Made by a program: the position numbers and the translations under genes. From assembly GCA_041677685.1 (NCBI GenBank), contig JBAYPN010000011.1:1-24623 (forward strand): a stretch of DNA of 24,623 bases. The letters are read 5' to 3'. The stretch is from an archaeon (GTDB taxonomy: Archaea; Iainarchaeota; Iainarchaeia; Iainarchaeales; CSSED10-239). The notes under the pieces were generated by a model. The model saw nothing but the letters and a program-made list of their open reading frames with translations. It searched no databases and was not told the origin of the DNA. Positions 8,279 to 14,629 of the stretch are shown one piece after another. Positions within the stretch are counted from its first letter, which is position 1, and each line of letters opens with the position of its first letter.

Positions 8279-8969
8279 TAAGTTCTCCACAGACTATCAT
8301 TGTTTGTGGGAATTCTTTAATTTTTAATTTTTTATAGTCTTTAAAAGTAAAGCCAATAATCTTTTGTTCATCACAACCCATTCTAACTAAAGCTAAACAA
8401 TTTAAATTTTCTAATATTTTCTTTTCATCAATTTTTTCCAGAATTTCACAAGCTTCATAAACACTCATAAACCTGTTCTCTAAAACTTTTATGTCTAGTA
8501 AACAAAAGGTGTGTGCCTTTATCTTAAGGTTGTCAAGAATAACATCATAGAAGCTTGTTGGAAAATAGTTCTTTTCAGGGTAAACAATTGAAACTGTTTT
8601 TCCAAACTTATATTCATAGAGACCTGAGTGTGCTCTGTAATTGAAGATTGAAATTCCAGGAATTACTTTTATTTTAATATTTTTAGATTTTGCTTCTTGA
8701 TAAAGGGAATAGTGAGTAGTTGCAGACAAGACATTACCAATCACTAAAAGGCAAGAATCTTTTTTAAGAAATTTTTTCTCTTGCTCAAGCTCTGTTCTAT
8801 TTAGTGTGATTATTTTTTTTGTAATTATTTTTTCTAAACTTAGGAGTTCTCCTTTGCTAAAGATGTTTGTGTAATTATCAATATACACTTCTTTACAATC
8901 TTTTATTGCATTCTTTGCTTCTAAGGTTAATTGCTCAGGAACAAGTCCAATACCTATTATGTAAAACAT
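8235..8969 (-). CDS. dph5: Diphthine synthase (tetrapyrrole-methylase-fold Dph5)
   Basis: MFYIIGIGLVPEQLTLEAKNAIKDCKEVYIDNYT is the canonical Dph5 N-terminus. The length (244 aa) and the VIGNVLSATTH and IPGIS motifs also fit. Confidence 0.85.
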   Translation of the reverse strand: MFYIIGIGLVPEQLTLEAKNAIKDCKEVYIDNYTNIFSKGELLSLEKIITKKIITLNRTELEQEKKFLKKDSCLLVIGNVLSATTHYSLYQEAKSKNIKIKVIPGISIFNYRAHSGLYEYKFGKTVSIVYPEKNYFPTSFYDVILDNLKIKAHTFCLLDIKVLENRFMSVYEACEILEKIDEKKILENLNCLALVRMGCDEQKIIGFTFKDYKKLKIKEFPQTMIVCGELNDFERVAIDEHRIN

Positions 8970-9352
8970 TAATAATAAACTCCTATCTCTATATATATTA
9001 CTTTATTAGAACTATTAATATATTTAATGGATTGGGAGATTAATTGGTTTTCATTTTTAGATTTGGAATTTATTTCTTTTAGTTTTGAATCTATCTTAAC
9101 GTAACCTTTATTTTCAAAAAGCTTATTATAATTTTTTTCAAGGTCTTTTAGGTTGTCTATCTCTAAGAGTTGAGAAGTAATCAACAGGTCAGAGATTCTA
9201 GAAGTAATTATTATTTTTTCTAGATCCTTGTCTGTGTTTGTTGTTGTGCTCATGTTGAAGGAAAAGAGGAGTATGGTTATAAAGATTAAAGCAAATAACC
9301 CATCAATTGTAAAAAATAAACCTCTATTTTTATTCACAAAAACCAACCTCAA
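8969..9352 (-). CDS. Pilin-like protein with class III-type signal (fourth gene of the operon)
   Basis: ..VNKNRG|LFFTIDGLFALIFITILLFSF is a basic leader, Gly, then a hydrophobic helix. Candidate starts are TTG 9352, TTG 9346 and GTG 9337. Its stop overlaps the dph5 ATG by 1 nt (TAATG). Confidence 0.55.
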   Translation of the reverse strand: MRLVFVNKNRGLFFTIDGLFALIFITILLFSFNMSTTTNTDKDLEKIIITSRISDLLITSQLLEIDNLKDLEKNYNKLFENKGYVKIDSKLKEINSKSKNENQLISQSIKYINSSNKVIYIEIGVYY

Positions 9353-9752
9353 TTATTTTAAAATCATTGTTGTTGACAACTGCTCTTTTTATTATGTTTA
9401 TTATAATTTTATTTTGTGTGTTTTTAATAACTTCTTTTGAGTCAATTTTAAGTAAACAGATTTTTTGGAAATTATTTGTTATCTGTGTTAGGTTTTTAAT
9501 TTCTATTTTGTTTTTGGAGCAGAGGTTAGTGGTCTTATTTAGTGTTGCAAGATATTTGCAGTCTGTTATTAGTTGTTCAACAACCATCTCTTTTTCTAAA
9601 AGTTTTATGTCTTTTGTATCATTTTCAATTTTGGTCTTATAGTTGTAAATTTCTTGAAATTCTATGTTGATTAATAATATACAGATAATTAATAAAATCA
9701 AAATATCAAGAATCATTACCTGTGCTTTGCTTGATCTTAAGACAAGAGTCAT
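9330..9752 (-). CDS. Pilin-like protein with class III-type signal (Gln +1), third gene of the operon
   Basis: MTLVLRSSKA|QVMILDILILLIICILL. ATG at 9752; the track start at 9758 is a TTG two codons upstream. Confidence 0.55.
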   Translation of the reverse strand: MTLVLRSSKAQVMILDILILLIICILLINIEFQEIYNYKTKIENDTKDIKLLEKEMVVEQLITDCKYLATLNKTTNLCSKNKIEIKNLTQITNNFQKICLLKIDSKEVIKNTQNKIIINIIKRAVVNNNDFKIIEVGFCE

Positions 9753-9945
9753 TTGCAATTACTCCATTGTTCTTTTCTAAGATGTGGTTTTTGATGACAC
9801 ATATTTTGTTATTATAATCTTTGTAGTTTATTTTTGTTTCTAGTTTATTTTTATAATTAATATTTAGGTTTATAAAAAGACTAAGAACAATTAACAATAT
9901 TAAAATTGATAAAATAAATTCAATTGTGATTTGCCCTCTAGGTAT
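9706..9945 (-). CDS. Pilin-like ORF whose signal and processing site lie upstream of any canonical start codon
   Basis: The track ORF starts at TTG 9897 (MLIVLSLFI...). The same frame is open back to the stop at 9952-9954 and reads LPIPRG|QITIEFILSILILLIVLSLFI, with Gln+1 and Glu+5. There is no ATG, GTG or TTG upstream of RGQ. ATA at 9943-9945 is the only near-cognate candidate. Confidence 0.4.
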   Translation of the reverse strand: MPRGQITIEFILSILILLIVLSLFINLNINYKNKLETKINYKDYNNKICVIKNHILEKNNGVIANDSCLKIKQSTGNDS

Positions 9946-10450
9946 AGGTAATCACCATTACTGAGTAGTTGGCAGGTAATGTTTTTTGGGAGAAGTAGTT
10001 GTTTGTGGTTATTGAGTATCTTAAAAATAGGTTTTTATTGATTCCGTTTGTTATAATATATTTTTTGACAATAATGTTTTTGGAGGGTTTGTAGATGATG
10101 ACTTTTGAGGTTTCTTGGAGTCTAGAAAAGCTTAACTTTTCTTCTTTATTTTCTTTAAGATCATACATCTTAACCTTTATGTTCTCTTCTCTTTGGAGAT
10201 AGTTGAGGATTTCGTAGTTAACCTTTTTCTTGATCAAGTCCTCGTCTTCCTCTCTCTCGCCAAGCTGGTTCCTAATAAGTTGCTCTAAGTTATATTCAAA
10301 GTTAGTAACCTGAGTCTCACTAATATTTATCTCTATAAAGTCAGAGAGTCCTTCTTTTTGGGAGCCACTAATAAATAAAAGAAAAGTTAATGCAAAAAGC
10401 AATGTGAAGATAGACACCATTGCCTTTCTATTTTTAATTATACCTTTCAT
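9938..10450 (-). CDS. Secreted or pilin-like protein with class III-like signal, first gene of the operon
   Basis: MKGIIKNRKA|MVSIFTLLFALTFLLFISG followed by a hydrophilic domain of about 140 aa. ATG at 10450. Confidence 0.55.
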   Translation of the reverse strand: MKGIIKNRKAMVSIFTLLFALTFLLFISGSQKEGLSDFIEINISETQVTNFEYNLEQLIRNQLGEREEDEDLIKKKVNYEILNYLQREENIKVKMYDLKENKEEKLSFSRLQETSKVIIYKPSKNIIVKKYIITNGINKNLFLRYSITTNNYFSQKTLPANYSVMVITYT

Positions 10451-10537
10451 GTATACTTATAATTGTGGTAATGAATATTTTTAAAGCATTTCCTTTCCCT
10501 CCTTTCTCTCTCTAAAGTGTATTATTTTAAATAAATT

Positions 10538-10708
10538 TTAGTTAGCATTCATTCTTCTATAATCAAGTTCACTCAAAACATCTATAAGCATATTATTATA
10601 TTTCTTAGTCATTGCCTCAAGTTCCATTCTCTTAAGCAAAGTATGTTTGATTTTAAGTAAAAAGTTTGTTTGTAGATTCCCAATTTCTTTTTTATACATC
10701 TTGTGCAT
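10538..10708 (-). CDS. Small helical protein (56 aa), not in the ORF track
   Basis: My translation is MHKMYKKEIGNLQTNFLLKIKHTLLKRMELEAMTKKYNNMLIDVLSELDYRRMNAN*. ATG at 10706-10708 is preceded by AGGTGG (reverse complement of 10713-10718) with a 4-nt spacer. Stop TAA at 10538-10540. Confidence 0.45.
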   Translation of the reverse strand: MHKMYKKEIGNLQTNFLLKIKHTLLKRMELEAMTKKYNNMLIDVLSELDYRRMNAN

Positions 10709-10754
10709 ATAACCACCTATTTTTAAGTTTTTTTAAATTGTATATATATTATGC

Positions 10755-10801
10755 ACTTTATAAGCCTAGTTAATTTCTAAGGGGGGTAGCTTGCCGAGAA
10801 A
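10755..10801 (+). repeat. Left arm of the 47-bp inverted repeat (30-bp perfect core aatttctaaggggggtagcttgccgagaaa)
   Basis: 10772-10801 is the exact reverse complement of 14630-14659. Identity is 44/47 over 10755-10801 versus 14630-14676. Confidence 0.95.
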
Positions 10802-10884
10802 GATATAATTTAGAAAATTTCAAAAAAGATGTTAGAAAAAATGATAGAGAACAGTTATCAAAAAATAAAAATATTAATTTCTTT

Positions 10885-11178
10885 TTAGTTTTTAGAATAA
10901 TATTTTTGTTTTGGACTTGTGGGTTTATTTGGTTCTGTTAACAATAATAAGCTTTTATTTAGTAAAGGTTTTAATAATTCTGATCTAAAATAACCTCTGT
11001 TTTTTAATTTTAAATAAGCTTGTATCTCATCTATAGTTTTAGGTGTTTTACAGAATTTAAGTATTTTAGCTTGAGGGGTAGCTTACGGGGTGATAAGAAT
11101 AATAATCTTAAAAACATCTTTTTCTATTAATTCTGGTACTCCATCTGAGTAGTTTTTCACATACTTAGTTAAATTTCT
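10885..11178 (-). pseudogene. C-terminal remnant of a wHTH regulator of the AlbA_2/'RecG-like C-terminal' (Schlafen-like ATPase/Fic-associated) type
   Basis: The minus-strand frame reads RNLTKYVKNYSDGVPELIEKDVFKIIILITP*ATPQAKILKFCKTPKTIDEIQAYLKLKNRGYFRSELLKPLLNKSLLLLTEPNKPTSPKQKYYSKN*. The tail (ILxFC...EI...L.LK.R..FR...L.PL....LL..T.P.KPxSPxQKY) is the characteristic C-terminus of that family. It has an in-frame TAA at 11083-11085, no start codon, and lacks roughly the N-terminal three quarters of the protein. Confidence 0.6.
11073..11094 (+). repeat. Degenerate third copy of the G-run repeat core
   Basis: gaggggtagcttacggggtg matches the ggggggtagcttgccgagaa core at 14 of 22 aligned positions and shares the 10-mer ggggtagctt. 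It has the same orientation as the left arm. Confidence 0.5.
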
Positions 11179-11291
11179 TTATATCTACTTTTATTAAATC
11201 TACTATCCTTTTTTGAATTTATTAGTTATAAAATAGTTTTTTTTCTATAAAAACCAATTTATTTTTAAAATAAACCATACATAATAGAGTT

Positions 11292-12383
11292 ATGGGATCT
11301 ATTAAAAAGAATATATTTTCAGACACAGATATTGAAAAATCAATATTTAAAGATGAAAGTGTTTTCTATCCTGATTACCACCCACAAAATATACTAGCAA
11401 GAGATTCCCAAATTAAAAACCTAACCTATTACTTAAAACCAATCATTTCTAAAAAAAAAGCAAACAACATATTAATCTCAGGACCTCCAGGAACAGGAAA
11501 AACCTTAATTACAAATTATGTTTTAAATCAACTAACAGATTTTTCAAACAAAGTAAAATTTATATATATTAATTGCATACAAGACAACACAAGATTTGCA
11601 GTACTATCAAAACTAGTAAGCTTCTACAACGGAGTTTTACCAAGAAGAGGACTTGCAATTGATGAAGTATGGCAAAGATTAACAGAACTTTTCTCAAAAT
11701 CAGAAATCTTCCCAATAATTGTTCTAGATGAAATTGATAAAATGGATCTAGATGATTCTTCAAAGCTTTTGTATGATCTTTCAAGATTTTATATTAATTC
11801 AAAGTATTTTACTTTAATTCTAATTACCAACCACAAACCCTTTATTCTAAAATTAGATACAAGAACACAAAGTTCATTATTCTTAAATGAAATTGATTTT
11901 TTAAAATATAAACCAACAGAGATTAAACAAATTTTAAAAGAAAGAATTGAATTTGGATTAATTGACAATTGCTTATCCCAAGATCTTTTAGGCTATGTTT
12001 GTGGTTATTCAGCTTCTAGAGGAGGAGATGCAAGAATTGCAATTGACTTAATCTATAAATCTGCAAAGGCTTCAGAAAAGAGAGGTGAATTAGTTATTTT
12101 AAAAGAAGTCTTATTAGATTCTTCAAAATTAGTAGATTCTGTTAAGCTTTTTGAAAAGATAGAATGTCTAAATCAAAGAGAACAAGAGATTTTAAATTTA
12201 ATTGAAGAACCAATAACTACCAAAGACTTATATCTAAATACAAAGATTCCTCAAAGAACAGTAAGAAACATAATTGATGCTTTAGAAAAATTAGAACTAA
12301 TTTCTGTAGATTCTTTAAGTCAAGGGAAAGGAAAGACAAGAGTAATTAAATTAAGATTTGATAAAAGCCTTTTAAAGAATTAA
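11292..12383 (+). CDS. cdc6: Orc1/Cdc6 replication initiator
   Basis: Walker A ISGPPGTGKTL, Walker B IVLDEIDKM, sensor region LILITN, an arginine-rich lid (SRGGDARIAIDL) and a C-terminal winged helix (PQRTVRNIIDALEKLELI). Confidence 0.9.
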   Translation: MGSIKKNIFSDTDIEKSIFKDESVFYPDYHPQNILARDSQIKNLTYYLKPIISKKKANNILISGPPGTGKTLITNYVLNQLTDFSNKVKFIYINCIQDNTRFAVLSKLVSFYNGVLPRRGLAIDEVWQRLTELFSKSEIFPIIVLDEIDKMDLDDSSKLLYDLSRFYINSKYFTLILITNHKPFILKLDTRTQSSLFLNEIDFLKYKPTEIKQILKERIEFGLIDNCLSQDLLGYVCGYSASRGGDARIAIDLIYKSAKASEKRGELVILKEVLLDSSKLVDSVKLFEKIECLNQREQEILNLIEEPITTKDLYLNTKIPQRTVRNIIDALEKLELISVDSLSQGKGKTRVIKLRFDKSLLKN

Positions 12384-12538
12384 AATTAATTACATAAAAA
12401 TAAAAAAAGAATAAGATAAAAATAATATCAAAAATAAATAAAAGAAAATCAAATTAAAAAAAGAATAAGAAACAAAATTAAATATAAATAAAAATTAAAA
12501 AGAATAAAAAAATAAAAAAAGAGAATAAAGAAAAGAAC
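12384..12538. repeat. A-rich low-complexity tract with 16-bp direct repeats
   Basis: Almost only A, with sparse G and T, on the + strand. taaaaaaagaataaga occurs at 12401-12416 and 12455-12470, with degenerate copies near 12497-12529. On the minus strand it gives multiple oligo-T runs immediately after the pcna stop. Confidence 0.85.
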
Positions 12539-13291
12539 CTAATCACTATCTACTCTTGGTGCTAAAAAATATCTAATTGCTGCAGAACCAATTGTGTAAT
12601 CTAGTTCTAAAGGCATGTCATCTTTCAATTTAATTGTAAGCATTGTCTTTGCATTCTTAATCATATTTTGTAAATAATCCAAAGGATACATTGCTTTTGC
12701 TTTATTTCCAGAGATGATTAGATTTTTAGAATCTGCTTCAATTTCTTGCTTAAACTTACCTTTACTACTTTGAGTTTCTAAAAATAATTTATTATCTTCA
12801 ACTCTAAAGCTTAGATGAGAACTAAACAAAGAAGCATCTTTAATACCTCCAAGAAGTTGGTCAGGCATGATCTGAATAGTTACATCAAATTGTATTTTTG
12901 GAAGTGGTTGTTCTTGTTTAGAAACATCAATTAAAGGTATACTAAAGCTTCTTTTTGAACTTCCAATAAGTTCTATTAATATAATTGATCTATCTTCTTT
13001 TATTTCTAAAACTAACTTCTCATCTGCTGAGGAGTGAGATAAAATCTGTAAAAGATTATTAATATTTATACCAAATGTTATTTTGTCTTCATCTTGAGAA
13101 GTATCAATTACAAATTCTTCAAAAGCATCTTTTGGCATAACAAAATCAACTAAACTAATTTGGCTAGGATCTGTTGCCCTTAGGTAAATTTTATCTTTAT
13201 CTATAGTAAATAATCCTTCATTTATTAAAACTCCAATTGCATCTATGCTTTTATGGAATTCTTTTGTATCTTTAATTACTAACTTAATCAT
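12539..13291 (-). CDS. pcn: DNA polymerase sliding clamp PCNA
   Basis: 250 aa with a typical N-terminus (..KEFHKSIDAIGVLINEGLFTIDKDKIYLRATDPSQISLVDFVMPKDAFEEF) and C-terminal YFLAPRVD. Confidence 0.9.
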   Translation of the reverse strand: MIKLVIKDTKEFHKSIDAIGVLINEGLFTIDKDKIYLRATDPSQISLVDFVMPKDAFEEFVIDTSQDEDKITFGININNLLQILSHSSADEKLVLEIKEDRSIILIELIGSSKRSFSIPLIDVSKQEQPLPKIQFDVTIQIMPDQLLGGIKDASLFSSHLSFRVEDNKLFLETQSSKGKFKQEIEADSKNLIISGNKAKAMYPLDYLQNMIKNAKTMLTIKLKDDMPLELDYTIGSAAIRYFLAPRVDSD

Positions 13292-13439
13292 TTAAAAATC
13301 CCCCTTTTTTTTGTTTTCTTAATTAATTTTTTTAATTTTAATAATTATTTATTATTTTATTAGTATATTAGGTATAAAATGGTTTTTAAATAAGTGTTTT
13401 TTTAAATTAAAGAAAGAAACTTTTAATTAAAGAAAGAAA

Positions 13440-13961
13440 TTAAATAATTATAGTTATATATACCCAACCAATTATTAAAAAAAACCTAAAAATAAAGGAT
13501 TGATCTAAAACCTCAAACAACCATGCTAAGATTAATAAGATTAAAGTGATTGGGAAAATTAAGATTTTAAAGATCCAACTAACTATACTTTGTTTTTTTG
13601 TGTAGCTGTTTTTTATAGAGGAATATACATTTTTTGAATCTTGTTTGCTTGGAACACTAAAAAACAGTGAAGAGATTGCAATCCAAACAAGAATGACAAT
13701 AAATATTATTTTTAATTCTATTCTTTTAATAACAATTGAGATAATTATTGCAAGTAAGAGATTTATAAAAAAAGGAGCCATGGAGATAAGTATATTTTTG
13801 TAGTTTCTAGAAGCTTCATGCACAACATATCCTCCTGAACTTCCAATCAATTTAAATTTTTTAATTTTTACTCCTAGAAGTAGGCAGGCTAACATATGTG
13901 AGAGTTCATGGGTTGTAATTCCAATAAAGAAGAATTTGTTTAAGAAATTATTTAAGTTCAT
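13440..13961 (-). CDS. Polytopic membrane protein with HExxH motif (DUF3267/M50-like putative zincin)
   Basis: FIGITTHELSHMLACLLLG followed by at least four hydrophobic helices. It starts 3 nt after the pilin-like gene's stop. Confidence 0.6.
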   Translation of the reverse strand: MNLNNFLNKFFFIGITTHELSHMLACLLLGVKIKKFKLIGSSGGYVVHEASRNYKNILISMAPFFINLLLAIIISIVIKRIELKIIFIVILVWIAISSLFFSVPSKQDSKNVYSSIKNSYTKKQSIVSWIFKILIFPITLILLILAWLFEVLDQSFIFRFFLIIGWVYITIII

Positions 13962-13964
13962 TAT

Positions 13965-14375
13965 TTATTTTTCCAAAGTTTTATAGTCTAAGATTATTTT
14001 GTTGTTGCTCTTTTCAATAGTTATTGTTGCTGATGTTTTTATTTTTTTAAATTTTAAGACTACTATGTTATTTGAGGTAACTATGTATTCTTTATTTTTA
14101 TTATTAATTTTTAAAGTATTTTGTGTGGTTGTTTGAAAGTTCCATTCTGTTTGCGGGTTAATTGTTAGAGTGGTTATTGCTTTTGGTTGTAGTTTAAGGA
14201 GGTTTAAGGTATTTTGTAGGTCTTTATGTGTGTTTTTAAGTTCAAGGTTATCTATTGCTGTTATGTTTTTAGAGTAGAGGTTTGTGATTTGGTAGATAAG
14301 TATACTTAGAATGGAGATGACTGCTAATGCTATTAATAGATATTCTAAGCTAATTTGTGCTTTTGAACTAATCAC
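13965..14375 (-). CDS. Pilin-like protein (class III signal, Gln+1/Glu+5)
   Basis: GTG start; VISSKA|QISLEYLLIALAVISILSILI. It begins 2 nt after the upstream pilin's stop. Confidence 0.65.
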   Translation of the reverse strand: MISSKAQISLEYLLIALAVISILSILIYQITNLYSKNITAIDNLELKNTHKDLQNTLNLLKLQPKAITTLTINPQTEWNFQTTTQNTLKINNKNKEYIVTSNNIVVLKFKKIKTSATITIEKSNNKIILDYKTLEK

Positions 14376-14377
14376 AA

Positions 14378-14575
14378 CTAATCAATCTTTTCAATCTGCT
14401 TAAAGACATCATTTGATTTTTTATCCACTGCTTTATTTGCTTTGTTTGTTGTTTTTTGTAATTGTGTAACAACAACTAAGACTATTGCAATGATTGCAGC
14501 AATTAAGATTATCATTTCAGCAGATAATTGTGCTTTATTTTCTGCGTATAGTTGTTTAAATCTATTTAGTTTCAT
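14378..14575 (-). CDS. Small type IV pilin (Methanococcus EpdE-like class III signal peptide family)
   Basis: 65 aa: MKLNRFKQLYAENKA|QLSAEMIILIAAIIAIVLVVV followed by a short polar tail. This is the architecture of the small archaeal major pilins. Confidence 0.75.
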   Translation of the reverse strand: MKLNRFKQLYAENKAQLSAEMIILIAAIIAIVLVVVTQLQKTTNKANKAVDKKSNDVFKQIEKID

Positions 14576-14597
14576 AATGTATATTATTGAAAGCTAA

Positions 14598-14607
14598 TAT
14601 TTATAAA
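14598..14607 (-). promoter_or_regulatory. Candidate TATA box for the small-pilin operon
   Basis: The minus strand reads TTTATAAATA, beginning 33 nt upstream of ATG 14575, which is consistent with a leaderless or very short-leader mRNA. Confidence 0.35.
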
Positions 14608-14629
14608 TTGCTTTTTTTAAGAAAAAGTT

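Noticed and set aside
10781-10798. The repeat core GGGGGGTAGCTTGCCGAG looks like the 5' end of a tRNA (acceptor stem plus a GCCGAG D-loop as in tRNA-Leu/Ser). This raised the idea of a split or half tRNA gene, or a tRNA-derived att site.
   Set aside because: Nothing downstream can pair as a D-stem, there is no anticodon arm, and there is no GTTCRAAT T-loop in either copy. The two copies diverge right after GAGAAA. They are also inverted rather than direct, unlike integrase att duplications.
11083-11085. The in-frame TAA inside the regulator remnant as evidence for stop-codon reassignment (TAA read as Gln).
   Set aside because: TAA terminates many well-defined genes in this window at the expected protein lengths (for example cdc6, the DRG GTPase and dph5). 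The fragment also lacks a start codon and most of the protein, so decay explains it.
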